IMG/VR virus record: IMGVR_UViG_3300026306_000001
Span: 1-51,912 of that record
Length of the DNA stretch: 51,912 nucleotides
Origin: a virus
Taxonomy: Duplodnaviria; Caudoviricetes
Reading direction: 5' to 3' (one strand)
The notes beneath the pieces were generated by a model. It had not been told where the DNA came from and made no database searches. It was given only the letters and a program-made list of their open reading frames with translations. A program made the position numbers and the translations under genes. Shown here in pieces: positions 1 through 9,104 of the stretch (positions are counted from its first letter, which is position 1; each line of letters begins with the position of its first letter).

Positions 1-412
1 CGGATGCGTCTGTGTACCTGAACTCGACCGCTCCGCCGCTCGTAAAGGCCGTGGCCGTTCTCACCATCTTGAAGGTAATGTTGTCAACGATGATGGCCTT
101 GCCTGAGCCTGGGGCGGCCACCAAAGAAACGGGCGTAGTGCCCATCGCGATGATTTGCGCCGCCGTGAGGCTTACGGTGGTCGTTTGCTTGATGACGCCG
201 TTCTGGGTGAGCGTACCCGTCAGCGTTTGGGCGTTCGTGACTACTAGTGGGCCTGTCACGGTCGCCGACTGGCCAGAGAGCGGCGTGATGGAGATCGCAC
301 CGGTGCTAAGAATGTCAACCAAGCCCCCGTGCTTCTTGATGCGCTGAGCAACTACAGCACAGGCGCAAACAACGATCAGCAGCGAGGCAATAGCAATGAG
401 TTTTCTTTTCAT
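1..412 (-). CDS. N-terminal part of a 202-aa head-module protein with a signal-peptide-like N-terminus; continues across the circular junction to 51912..51716
   Basis: ATG at 412, just after the 417..605 ORF. Reads MKRKLIAIASLLIVVCACAVVAQ...TVSLTAAQIIAMGTTPVSLVAAPGSGKAIIVD...YTDAS and is open to base 1. Not in the supplied ORF track. Confidence 0.8.
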   Translation of the reverse strand, partial: MKRKLIAIASLLIVVCACAVVAQRIKKHGGLVDILSTGAISITPLSGQSATVTGPLVVTNAQTLTGTLTQNGVIKQTTTVSLTAAQIIAMGTTPVSLVAAPGSGKAIIVDNITFKMVRTATAFTSGGAVEFRYTDAS

Positions 413-416
413 CGAA

Positions 417-605
417 CTACTCCTCATCTTTCGATGCCTTGCCCTTGGTCGCCTTGCCCTTGGCTTTCCAGTCACCCTCGATTGAGCCGGAGGCCTCAAG
501 GCGCTTCTGCATCTCCGGTGTCATTACTTCGGCGAGCTCGTCCGGATCGGTGATCGTCTTGTCGCCAATGACGACGCCGTGAATGATTTTTCTGTTGTCT
601 GCCAT
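417..605 (-). CDS. small hypothetical protein immediately downstream of the major capsid protein
   Basis: 62-aa ORF with a GGAGG RBS, Lys-rich tail and typical post-MCP position. Confidence 0.75.
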   Translation of the reverse strand: MADNRKIIHGVVIGDKTITDPDELAEVMTPEMQKRLEASGSIEGDWKAKGKATKGKASKDEE

Positions 606-636
606 ATCAATCCTCCGTGTATTCAGTCAGGGCGTC

Positions 637-1689
637 TTAAACGCCCGCGTCGATAACGAACACCTTTTGCTCGTCAGGGACCGGCATAGCGTTAAGCTGG
701 GCCTCGATCGTCAGTTCACGTCCACCGTTTGACTCCTCGTGGTACACGGTGACGCCGTTCACGTCGATCCCGGCTTCGGGTACCTGGTTCGAAAGTTCCA
801 TTGCGCGACGAACCGGAGCAAATGCAGTGAAGCCAACCATCCCGCCGGCGGGCACGAGCGCAACTTTCTGCGCCGGCCAGACCTTTGTGCGGGTAACAGC
901 CGTTCCGCCATCATCGAACACGTCGAGCGAGTTCTCGTTAACGATGATCGAAAACCCGAATCCAAGCTGGTCCTGAATCTGCTGAACAAGCTGAGTCGCG
1001 TTCGACGCAACGCCCATCGGCAGATCGGGAGCATCGGCCAGGATCGCGTTAAACGTAGCCTTGCGCATGACTGCCGCTTCAACCGGGCCAACATAATCGA
1101 TCCCTGCAGTAACCCACGCCAGGAAGTCGTCAAAGGCATTGCGCGCAGCATCGTTCCATGCCGTTCCCGCGGTCGTCAGGCGAGAGTTGGAGAACCCGAA
1201 AGACGCCTGGTAATACGCGCCCTGTTGCGGGTTGTACTGCCGAATGTAGCCGTTCGCCCAGGCGGAGGCGGCGTCCAGTTCCAGGCGGCGGTAGTCAGCC
1301 AGTACGAGCGTATCCGTACGGTCAGGGATGGACGATCCAATCACGTTTTGAATGATTTGATCGTTGCCGCGCGCGCCCTCTGCGAGTTTCTGAAGCTCGC
1401 GCTCCTCGATCTTGTCGTATGCCTCGATCGGCACGATCGACATGTCCCGTTGAGCTGGCGTGAGCATCGGGATGTATCGGCCCCGGGCGTTCCACTCACG
1501 TCGATCGGCTGCCGGGCGCCGGTCCAGGGACGTGATGTCACGGAGATCGACTGACGGCACGTTGCGCCGCGGGAAAAACGCATCCCACGAGAGACGGCCT
1601 TGATCGTTCGGAGAGATGGTTTGTGCTCTGACGGTGAGAGCAACCGGCGAAAGTGCTTGGTCTGCTTGTATCCAGGAAAAGGTACTCAT
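637..1689 (-). CDS. major capsid protein (lambda gpE-like, HK97 fold)
   Basis: 350 aa, AAGGAG RBS, follows the scaffold and decoration genes; C-terminal ...AQLNAMPVPDE...VIDA resembles gpE-family capsids. Confidence 0.85.
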   Translation of the reverse strand: MSTFSWIQADQALSPVALTVRAQTISPNDQGRLSWDAFFPRRNVPSVDLRDITSLDRRPAADRREWNARGRYIPMLTPAQRDMSIVPIEAYDKIEERELQKLAEGARGNDQIIQNVIGSSIPDRTDTLVLADYRRLELDAASAWANGYIRQYNPQQGAYYQASFGFSNSRLTTAGTAWNDAARNAFDDFLAWVTAGIDYVGPVEAAVMRKATFNAILADAPDLPMGVASNATQLVQQIQDQLGFGFSIIVNENSLDVFDDGGTAVTRTKVWPAQKVALVPAGGMVGFTAFAPVRRAMELSNQVPEAGIDVNGVTVYHEESNGGRELTIEAQLNAMPVPDEQKVFVIDAGV

Positions 1690-1703
1690 TGTCGGTTACT
1701 CCT

Positions 1704-2117
1704 TTAGGTGCGAATCAAAACGAGTTTGGAACCTGCCAAATCGAAGCCCGCGAGCTCGTCCGCGGTCAGCGCGCGCTCGAGGTTGTCTTCGATGATGTCT
1801 TGAGAAACCTGTCCCACGGTTCCCACCGCGACAAACAAATCTCCCGTTTCAGTTCCCAGCGTGGTGTTGGTTGGCGGCACAGTTGTGAGATTCAGCTGGG
1901 CGGCCTCGACCGTCACGCCAAATACGAATTGACCGCTGCCCACCAGGACGCCGGTTTGTCGCAACGGCACGCCAGGCTTGAGATTTCCGTACTGATCGAC
2001 CTCTTTGGTTGTCAGGCCGGAAATATCGACCTTAACGTGTGCGGTGTGGCCAATCGGCCCAACGAACGGATTACCGTGCGATGCTCCCCCGGCTACGCTG
2101 TTAATTATTAGTGGCAT
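1704..2117 (-). CDS. head decoration/cement protein
   Basis: 137 aa between scaffold and MCP; LKPGVPL motif typical of gpD-like decoration proteins. Confidence 0.65.
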   Translation of the reverse strand: MPLIINSVAGGASHGNPFVGPIGHTAHVKVDISGLTTKEVDQYGNLKPGVPLRQTGVLVGSGQFVFGVTVEAAQLNLTTVPPTNTTLGTETGDLFVAVGTVGQVSQDIIEDNLERALTADELAGFDLAGSKLVLIRT

Positions 2118-2130
2118 GTTTGATTCTCCC

Positions 2131-2892
2131 TTACGCTGCTTTGCTGCCGATGACTTGAAGTCCGGCGCGTTGGTTCAACGGTATGCTGGTTTCCTTTGCG
2201 GCTTCAGTTCGCTTCTTGCCATCTTCACGGATACCGTCATAAAAGTTTCCCGCGGGCTTCCCGTTGTCCCGTCGTTGTTCCGGCACTCTTGTACCAGTCG
2301 GCTGAGTTTTAAGTGCGGAGAGGAACGGTGCGACGTCGGGCGAAGCTTCAATAAACTCTTTGGCGTCCTTCTCGGTGATAGTCCCGGCTGCATCTTTAAC
2401 CTTGACGATCACGGTTTTCTTGCCGTCCTTCTCGCGAATCTCAAACTCCGGAAGATTCGGTAATCGAACGAAGGCGTCCGCGTTGTCGTAGCCAAGCTCT
2501 TTGGCAACGAGTCGCAGGTTGTCTTCACGTTTGCGCTGTTCGGTCTCCGCCTTCAGCGTTTTGTGCTCACTGAGTTTCGCGACGATCTCGGTTGGCGTGC
2601 CGTGCTCCTTCACCTGGTCAAGAATTTCAGCCTCAGCCTTGGGAACCGCAACATGCCCACGTGGAAGTCCATTGGCTTTCGCGCTCTGCACGTCTGCCTT
2701 GGCCGATTCCACTTCAGCTTGCAAGCCGCTGACTTTGGATTCCGCGGTCTGCTTTTCGCTGAGAAGGGTGCGATTGTTTACCAATACAGGATGATCGTCG
2801 GACAGGTCAGGAACGTATTTCCCGCCCACAAGTTTGTACTCTCCGCGCAGTGCCTCCGGCACGTCTTCGAGCTTGTCGTAGATTTTCAACAT
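2131..2892 (-). CDS. capsid scaffolding protein
   Basis: Start reassigned to ATG 2892 (GGAGG RBS, TAATG coupling). N-terminal YDKLEDVPEALRGEY motif, charged coiled coil, position upstream of decoration/MCP. Confidence 0.75.
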   Translation of the reverse strand: MLKIYDKLEDVPEALRGEYKLVGGKYVPDLSDDHPVLVNNRTLLSEKQTAESKVSGLQAEVESAKADVQSAKANGLPRGHVAVPKAEAEILDQVKEHGTPTEIVAKLSEHKTLKAETEQRKREDNLRLVAKELGYDNADAFVRLPNLPEFEIREKDGKKTVIVKVKDAAGTITEKDAKEFIEASPDVAPFLSALKTQPTGTRVPEQRRDNGKPAGNFYDGIREDGKKRTEAAKETSIPLNQRAGLQVIGSKAA

Positions 2893-3269
2893 TAGCCTCT
2901 GGCCTCCGTCGTTCCTCGATCTTCGAGGGTTGGTTGGTTGACTTGCGATGCAACGAGCGCAAGCGGTTTGGTTTCGCCGCGCTCCGCGGCGCGTTCGCGC
3001 GCAGTGTCCCAATCTACCGTCTCGATGAGATCGGGCGGACGCGCGCTCAGATAGACAGGCTGAAGTGGATCGTTGAATGTGTTCACGGCCAGATAGATGT
3101 AGCCCTGCTCACAGATCAACTTCTTTTCGGCCTCAGTCATTTCCCACCGCGTGAGCACCTTGCCATCCAGGCATTTGAATGCTGGAAGCGGTTGGTATTC
3201 CGGTTGATCCGCGGCATAAAGCACCTCGTCAACATCGGTTCCGGGAATAACTGGACTGACTGGCTTCAT
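2892..3269 (-). CDS. hypothetical protein
   Basis: 125-aa ORF in operon orientation, stop coupled to the scaffold start; DQPEYQPLPA motif. Confidence 0.7.
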   Translation of the reverse strand: MKPVSPVIPGTDVDEVLYAADQPEYQPLPAFKCLDGKVLTRWEMTEAEKKLICEQGYIYLAVNTFNDPLQPVYLSARPPDLIETVDWDTARERAAERGETKPLALVASQVNQPTLEDRGTTEARG

Positions 3270-3297
3270 CGCTCAGAGTGAAACACGGGATTATTTT

Positions 3298-3486
3298 TTA
3301 CGTTTTCGCGTTGCGCGGTCTCAGGCGAATGCGCTCACGCGCTGCGAGGCTCTGAACCGCAGTTTCAGTGCGGGCAAGCTTCAACGCGACAATCCTCAGC
3401 GGTGTATCGTGACGGACCAGTTCACGTAACAGAACACGATCCGCTGGCGTCCACGGCTTCCTTGAATTGCGAAGATACTTGCTCAT
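3298..3486 (-). CDS. small basic HTH-like protein
   Basis: 62 aa, RNSRKPWTPAD...VALKLARTETAVQS; ATGA overlap with the upstream gene. Confidence 0.65.
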   Translation of the reverse strand: MSKYLRNSRKPWTPADRVLLRELVRHDTPLRIVALKLARTETAVQSLAARERIRLRPRNAKT

Positions 3487-3905
3487 TTCATTTGCGCGTA
3501 GATGCGGCTCGCCAAGTCCTCTGTCGCTGCTTCGACACGCTCCGTCAATTCACTCAGTAGCGTCTCGCGAAACTTTGGGGCGTCATCTTCAGGAACGAGC
3601 ACCTTGATTCTGTCGCGCGCGTAATCGCTAATCACAGCCAGCGAGATATGAATAAGCTCATGGAGGGCATCTTCTAGCGGGTTTGTTTGGTTCAGAAAAC
3701 AGGGGTAAAAGGTCAACCTTGCCCATCGGTATGGGTATTGGACATAGCAGGTCGCGGTTTCGTTGTTCTTCCCCGATTCAACGGCATAGCCCACGAACAC
3801 GCGATCACACCACTGAGGGACGATCCAAGCCCACGCCTCAAGATTGTTTCGGAGCACCGGAAGAATGGCAGCCGGGATTTCTTTGTCATAAATGAATTTG
3901 CTCAT
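3483..3905 (-). CDS. putative zinc metallopeptidase (HExxH; ImmA/IrrE-like)
   Basis: ALHELIH motif with a downstream E..E helix; ATGA-coupled on both sides. Confidence 0.6.
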   Translation of the reverse strand: MSKFIYDKEIPAAILPVLRNNLEAWAWIVPQWCDRVFVGYAVESGKNNETATCYVQYPYRWARLTFYPCFLNQTNPLEDALHELIHISLAVISDYARDRIKVLVPEDDAPKFRETLLSELTERVEAATEDLASRIYAQMK

Positions 3906-4120
3906 AAGACCGGATCAACACGCCGCTTTCGCGCCTTATCGCCATCTGGCAATAACTCCCAGGCATTAACGGTTTCGCAATTTCGAGTGCCATCAGTCCA
4001 CCAAACCACCTCGTAGCAAACCGTTTCACGGATGAAAATCTCCGTAACTCGGGCGGACGTGGCACCTCCATCCAGCAGGACGTTACTGCCAACCGCGTAC
4101 ACTTCGATCGATTCACTCAT
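3902..4120 (-). CDS. hypothetical protein (SH3-like beta protein)
   Basis: 72 aa, ATGA overlap with the portal stop; YEVVWW motif. Confidence 0.6.
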   Translation of the reverse strand: MSESIEVYAVGSNVLLDGGATSARVTEIFIRETVCYEVVWWTDGTRNCETVNAWELLPDGDKARKRRVDPVL

Positions 4121-5742
4121 CCAATTAACGGTGGCTGCTCACCTGTCTGCGAGGGATCTTTCGGCGGAATCGGCGGCGCATTCTTCGCTCGCTCCGCGCT
4201 CTCTTTCTGGATTCGTTCAAGCTCCGCGTCCGTGTCTTCAATACCATTGCGCGACATGGCGGTTTCTTCGCTCATCAAACCTGCCTTAACGTCTGAGCGG
4301 TTCTCTGTGCGGTCATTGCTGGTTACCGGGCCAAGGTCAATGATTGCGTTGAATTCGCAGCGCAGCCCCATGAACTTCTTTGTTTGACCGCAGAGCTGCG
4401 CGCCGATCCTCACACCGGTCTCCAGCATCCAGCGGCCGGAATCATCAACCACTTCCTTTGAAAGCATCAGACTGGTTTTGAATTCTCCCCGCGATTCTTC
4501 ACGGCTCTTACCCGACGGTGTGGCGTCGCCCGAGATCAAAACGTGCAACTGCTGGGACGCACCGAGGATTGCTTCACGCAACTCTGAGCGGGTATCAACG
4601 AAGGTCTTGACTTCGACAGGTTGACGGAATGTCACATTAGGGCTCGCCCGGCCGATAATTTCCCCGGCATCATTCCGGATTAACAGACCCGCCAGAAACA
4701 TGCTGGCACCTGGACCGGTCTCATACTCCGCGTCAACGATTTCCTCGTGAGAGCCGGCAGTCGAGTTATCGGCAACTCGAATAACTTTCTTTGGTCGTTC
4801 CGCGTTCGCAACTGTGCGCTCGAGGTTTCCGGCAAGGTTCACGTTGCGCATCATCGACGTGAGGTCGAGATTCAATGCTCTCTGGCTTGAGCGGATCTGT
4901 TCTGTAACCAAAACATCTCGGCGAAACTCGTACATCAGCAAACGTCCGCCCAGATCCCACACAGAATCTTGCGGTTCTTCCTTGTCAACAATGGTCCGTA
5001 GAATGGTTAAACCGTTGTCGATGAACGTTAGTTCACACGCCGATCGTTCTTCGTTACCAACCTTCTTCTTGTAGACGTAAACCCCGAACTCTTCCTCTGT
5101 GTCACTGTCTACGAAAATCCCAGCTTTGTCCGATGTCAGAATTTCCAGGCGCGGGATCATCATGCCGGATGCCAGGTCCTTGGCGGATATCTCGCCCTGC
5201 TCGTTTCTGGCGGCCGGCGGGAAGAAGAACCGGATAACAACCTTATCCTCGAGTAGTGAGCCTGCCAGGGCTTCTTTCAGCGTGTTCCGTGGTCTGCGCT
5301 GGTCCCACCAAAGCGTTGCGGCATCATCGGCTTCCTGCGCTGTGTTGTCAGTACTTTGCCCAGGGGCTGTCGATTTCGCCGGAGATACAAGGCTGAATAG
5401 TCTTGTGAAGAGTTTCCGCCGGCGCGTCATGTTTTGCGATGGAGTGTCGGACGGAAGAAAGCCCCACAACGGCTCACGTCCCAAGACTCCGGCAACGTGG
5501 CGGTCGACCACTTCCTTAATTACGTTTTCAGAAACAAACCCAGCCTTGATTTCGGCCAAGGTTTCGGCATAGAAACGCAGGCCTTTGGGTGGCAGCTGGC
5601 CCATGTACCCTGCAGAGTCCTGGTAGTGATCGCCTTCGTAGAACTTGCGATTTACCTCAGACTCGGACGGACGTCGACCTGTGAAAAGCTCGGCGGCTTT
5701 GTCAGGAGTGGTTATTTCGGAAAGAAGGATCGGATTTGCCAC
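4117..5742 (-). CDS. portal protein (SPP1 gp6-like)
   Basis: 541 aa directly after the large terminase; FYEGDH, ENVIKEVVD, SGKSRE and MSEETAM...DTDAELERIQKE motifs of SPP1-type portals. Confidence 0.85.
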   Translation of the reverse strand: MANPILLSEITTPDKAAELFTGRRPSESEVNRKFYEGDHYQDSAGYMGQLPPKGLRFYAETLAEIKAGFVSENVIKEVVDRHVAGVLGREPLWGFLPSDTPSQNMTRRRKLFTRLFSLVSPAKSTAPGQSTDNTAQEADDAATLWWDQRRPRNTLKEALAGSLLEDKVVIRFFFPPAARNEQGEISAKDLASGMMIPRLEILTSDKAGIFVDSDTEEEFGVYVYKKKVGNEERSACELTFIDNGLTILRTIVDKEEPQDSVWDLGGRLLMYEFRRDVLVTEQIRSSQRALNLDLTSMMRNVNLAGNLERTVANAERPKKVIRVADNSTAGSHEEIVDAEYETGPGASMFLAGLLIRNDAGEIIGRASPNVTFRQPVEVKTFVDTRSELREAILGASQQLHVLISGDATPSGKSREESRGEFKTSLMLSKEVVDDSGRWMLETGVRIGAQLCGQTKKFMGLRCEFNAIIDLGPVTSNDRTENRSDVKAGLMSEETAMSRNGIEDTDAELERIQKESAERAKNAPPIPPKDPSQTGEQPPLIG

Positions 5743-5748
5743 GGCTTG

Positions 5749-5776
5749 AGAGTAGCCGCAACGTGACGCTTATTTT
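5749..5776 (-). promoter_or_regulatory. candidate late promoter of the portal gene (AAAATAA-N15-TACTCT, leaderless GTG)
   Basis: AAAATAAgcgtcacgttGCGGCTACTCT ends 6 nt before GTG 5742; same architecture at 44044..44071. Confidence 0.5.
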
Positions 5777-5778
5777 TG

Positions 5779-7242
5779 TTAGTAGCTGCGACTGCCCCAC
5801 GTTTGGTTTTCTGATTCTGAGTAGCGGTTTTGTCTTCCAAGCCCGTCGACATAGGCAGCCGCGTATCTCATCGCATCCATTCCGTGGTTGTTGTCATCCA
5901 TCGGAACTTCTTTCAGCACTTTCCCGTCCTTGCCCTTTGGCCACACGTAAGCTTCGATTTCCTCTTCTGCGCACGTGGGCTTGTGAAGGCTCGCCAGCTC
6001 TTCATCGCGATCAATAAGACCGCTACGCAGGAAAACTAGCCGGGGCCGCTTGTCTGGCTGAATCTTCAGCCGCTGCTGTACATTGTTAATTCCCAGTGAA
6101 ATATCATTGAACGCTTCGACCACGGACAGCTTCGCGGTTCTGAACTGTTGGATATATCCAGGCTCAGAAGGGTCGCAAACAAACACAACTCCCGGATAAT
6201 CCTTCTTCACTGTTTGGGCTTGCTCGATCCACCAATCGATCGTTTTCTTTGTTCGGTAGATTTCTCGGATCCGTCCCATTCTCTTGTCGCCGTCGACTCC
6301 CCACACCTGAATGACGCCCGGATTCGTAAAGCCCCAATCAACTCCGGCGACGTGCCGCAAAACTGACCCAAAGGCATCAACAATGTGCACAGCGCGATCG
6401 AACGTGTCATAAACCGAACCTTCGGCGGCGGCCCACAAGCCTTTGCGCAGTCGGAGATACCGGACACCGGTTAGCCGATCGAGCGCCTCCAGACTGCGCT
6501 CTCCTTGGGGCGTGATCTCTTTTGTTTTCGGATCGAAGAGAGTGGGATTGTCTTCGTGCCGGCTTTCCAGCAGGAGCAAATTACCGTCATTGGCAGTGCC
6601 CTTAATCCAGTGACTAAAGCTACCCGGGTTGCAGTCTCCTACGACCTGAGCGTAAGGCATGTTTCCCGCGCGCCCCGTCGCGCGCGTTGTCAGAGTCTCC
6701 CATTCGTCAAGCGTTAGCTCTTCCGCTTGGTTGACGTAAATCACGTCGCGCTCAGAAGACAAGACCTTGGCCGGGTTATCCATGCCGCCAACCCACAGCC
6801 GCGACCCGTTGGGATAGTCAAACCACTCTGGCTTTTCACCGCCGCGCTTTGTGACCCCATCGCCCTGGCTCAATACCTTCTTCTCGAAAGTTTGTAGGAC
6901 AGAGCCCGGCATTGAACGGTAGGTCTTGCGAATGATCGCCCCCTGCATCCCTGGATACTTCCAAGCGAGGGAATCAAGAAGATGCAGGCAGGCCATTGTT
7001 TTCCCGGTCTCAGCCGGACCGGAAAGGATTACTTGCGGAGCTTTGGATTTGAATAGTTCAGCGGCGGCGCCGTAGGCGCTAAACCTGCGCTTCACCTGAA
7101 CAACCGGCTCAGGGTCGACCTTTGACCGGTTCGCCTTTAGTCGCTCAACCCTGTCAGCCAGGGGCCACAGATGAATCAGCCTCGCCGAGGGCGGCAAGTT
7201 TTGTGAGGTCGAGTTTGATGCCGTCTGTTTCACTTTGAGCAA
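5779..7242 (-). CDS. terL: terminase large subunit
   Basis: Walker A GPAETGKT, Walker B-like YVNQAEE, coupling motif DCNP, RNase H-like nuclease residues VDWG and NHGMDAMRY; exact start uncertain. Confidence 0.92.
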   Translation of the reverse strand: MLKVKQTASNSTSQNLPPSARLIHLWPLADRVERLKANRSKVDPEPVVQVKRRFSAYGAAAELFKSKAPQVILSGPAETGKTMACLHLLDSLAWKYPGMQGAIIRKTYRSMPGSVLQTFEKKVLSQGDGVTKRGGEKPEWFDYPNGSRLWVGGMDNPAKVLSSERDVIYVNQAEELTLDEWETLTTRATGRAGNMPYAQVVGDCNPGSFSHWIKGTANDGNLLLLESRHEDNPTLFDPKTKEITPQGERSLEALDRLTGVRYLRLRKGLWAAAEGSVYDTFDRAVHIVDAFGSVLRHVAGVDWGFTNPGVIQVWGVDGDKRMGRIREIYRTKKTIDWWIEQAQTVKKDYPGVVFVCDPSEPGYIQQFRTAKLSVVEAFNDISLGINNVQQRLKIQPDKRPRLVFLRSGLIDRDEELASLHKPTCAEEEIEAYVWPKGKDGKVLKEVPMDDNNHGMDAMRYAAAYVDGLGRQNRYSESENQTWGSRSY

Positions 7243-7582
7243 ACTTCAACCAGTCCAGAAGGTCCTTTTCTGTTTCGGGCACGTCGCCGTTAGTTTTGGC
7301 TCTGACAACGCGCATGGCCAGCCTCAGGCGTTCGGCCCGGCTGGATACTCCAACCATCAGGGACAGGCGATCCACTTCAGCCGAGAATTCGGGTTCACAG
7401 AGCCAATTACAAATCGACCGTCGACTAACTCCAGTTTCGTCGGCAACCTGTTGCTGTGTTTGGCCTTCAGCAAGCGCGAGGGCGGCGCGCGTCCTTTCCT
7501 TGGTCCACGCGAATTGTGAAGTTTCAGCGCACTTTTTCTTCCTACCTCTCACTTCCCGGTCCTTTTGCATTTGGCTCCGCAT
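7154..7582 (-). CDS. terS: terminase small subunit (HTH)
   Basis: HTH TQQQVADETGVSRRSICNW...PEF, directly upstream of and overlapping terL. Confidence 0.75.
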   Translation of the reverse strand: MRSQMQKDREVRGRKKKCAETSQFAWTKERTRAALALAEGQTQQQVADETGVSRRSICNWLCEPEFSAEVDRLSLMVGVSSRAERLRLAMRVVRAKTNGDVPETEKDLLDWLKFAQSETDGIKLDLTKLAALGEADSSVAPG

Positions 7583-7616
7583 TGCATGGGGTTAGTCTGA
7601 GTGTATGTGGGTCACT

Positions 7617-7982
7617 TCAACCGCTCTTCCCGCCTATCTGCTGCCGCGCATCCGACCGCAGAAGGTTATTCTCTTCCGTAAGCCGCCGGTTCTTTTCTTG
7701 AAGATCAAAGATGAGTCGCTGCGCTTGAATCATTTGCCCTGTCCGCTGAATCGTTTCTTCTTCCCAACTAAAGTCTGCCCTGATTCGGATCTCATGCGCC
7801 TCTGCAAGCTCCTTAGATGCTCGTGCGCGTGTCTCGTGAATATCCGCCGCAGGCTTTCCTCGATTGACTAACACTTCAATCAGCTTCGCAACCACCCCAC
7901 CCATGAGGGCGCTTGCAACAATCGTTACCAAAGAAGTCCAGCTTACGCCCTGACGAATCAGCTCTGGTGAGGGAGTTTGCAT
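7617..7982 (-). CDS. membrane-anchored coiled-coil protein (lysis region)
   Basis: N-terminal hydrophobic helix followed by a heptad-rich C-terminus. Confidence 0.65.
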   Translation of the reverse strand: MQTPSPELIRQGVSWTSLVTIVASALMGGVVAKLIEVLVNRGKPAADIHETRARASKELAEAHEIRIRADFSWEEETIQRTGQMIQAQRLIFDLQEKNRRLTEENNLLRSDARQQIGGKSG

Positions 7983-7985
7983 TGC

Positions 7986-8528
7986 TCATCGGTTTACTGC
8001 GTTAAGTTGCGCATCAACGCTCGCGCAAGCATTCAGCAATGGTTCAATCTGAACCTTGGAAATCACTTCGCCGGGAGTGCAAAGACTTCGCTTGAACGGG
8101 CACAGCACTGGCCCTTTGTTCACCTTGAAAAACTCAGACAAGTAGTCACCGGGGAAGTCCTGATCGACATACCGCGCTGTCGCCTCTGGAAGTAATCCGT
8201 TCATCGGCAGATCGTATGTCACCTCAAACTGAGAATGTGGATTCTCCCGGCGCAAACGTTCAACGGTTTTCTCTGCTAATTCCCGGTCGCTAAATCCACC
8301 ACAGTACTCAATCCAAAACCGATCCTTCTCGTTGTAGTGGATGACCGTTGGAAGTTGCAGCCTGGCACACGCAAACCTGTTCGCCTTCATCAACAACCAG
8401 AAGATCGGCCGCTTCCACATTGGAAAGCCTGACATCCTCCGTTTGTATTCAGAGACAAAGTGAAACACGCCAGCAGACGCCAACGGCGCCCGACGTGCTT
8501 CAAGTTGCTGTGCTGCCACTGCCGACAT
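7986..8528 (-). CDS. hypothetical protein
   Basis: 180-aa ORF, TAATG-coupled to the upstream small ORF; segment GGFSDRELAEKTVERLRR weakly SPOR-like. Confidence 0.6.
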   Translation of the reverse strand: MSAVAAQQLEARRAPLASAGVFHFVSEYKRRMSGFPMWKRPIFWLLMKANRFACARLQLPTVIHYNEKDRFWIEYCGGFSDRELAEKTVERLRRENPHSQFEVTYDLPMNGLLPEATARYVDQDFPGDYLSEFFKVNKGPVLCPFKRSLCTPGEVISKVQIEPLLNACASVDAQLNAVNR

Positions 8529-8704
8529 TAGCTGCCGCCTTCGTTCTCGCCCTGATCGTCCGGCGGGTTTCCCCCGCTGCCCTGGGGGATTCCTCCTTCG
8601 CCTTCATCGGCAGTCGTTACCGGGCCACCTGCCGGCCGGCTTGGCGGCGCGTCTTCAGATTTGTGCGGATTCGGCTGCTTTGGATCTTTCTCTTTGTCGC
8701 TCAT
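8528..8704 (-). CDS. 58-aa acidic Gly/Pro-rich disordered protein
   Basis: MSDKEKDPKQPNPHKSEDAPP...ENEGGS; AAGGA RBS; stop overlaps the next start; below the ORF-track cutoff. Confidence 0.6.
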   Translation of the reverse strand: MSDKEKDPKQPNPHKSEDAPPSRPAGGPVTTADEGEGGIPQGSGGNPPDDQGENEGGS

Positions 8705-8825
8705 TTGATTTGACCTTTTCCTTCGAGCTTTGGTCTACTTCCTGCGCCGTGCATCGGTTGGCCTGAGCAGTTTGCCGATGTGCGACGGTTGCGGGGCGAC
8801 TTTCGAGCCGTCCCGCGCCACGTTC

Positions 8826-9092
8826 CTAACGCCTTCTCAAATCCCTGATGTCTTCACGGATCCCTCGTATCCCATCAGTAGTAGAATCCATGAATAATTT
8901 CATTTCCTTGCGCGTCATTGATTGCTCTTTCAACTCTTTAACTTGCGACTCCAAGATTAGAACTCGCTGCTCTCTGGACCCGTCTTTGTACTGAATCACG
9001 CCCCAGGCCCCGCCGATTCCAAGTATCAAGGAAAGCAGCGGCACAATTACCATGATGCGCTTGATTGAATTTTCACTTGTTTCCGCGGCCAC
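8826..9092 (-). CDS. single-TM membrane protein with coiled-coil tail (lysis region)
   Basis: IMVIVPLLSLILGIGGAWGVI TM followed by a heptad C-terminus. Confidence 0.65.
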   Translation of the reverse strand: MAAETSENSIKRIMVIVPLLSLILGIGGAWGVIQYKDGSREQRVLILESQVKELKEQSMTRKEMKLFMDSTTDGIRGIREDIRDLRRR

Positions 9093-9104
9093 ATTGTTTC
9101 ACGC

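Noticed and set aside
12-347. Plus-strand 111-aa ORF
   Set aside because: Antisense shadow of the junction-spanning minus-strand gene.
739-1554. 271-aa plus-strand ORF
   Set aside because: Antisense shadow of the major capsid gene; no RBS or recognisable motifs.
8751-8781. CUGAG/GCAAA-containing stem as a hammerhead ribozyme or c-di-GMP riboswitch
   Set aside because: The core CUGANGA...GAAA and the GEMM P2/P3 features are not present.
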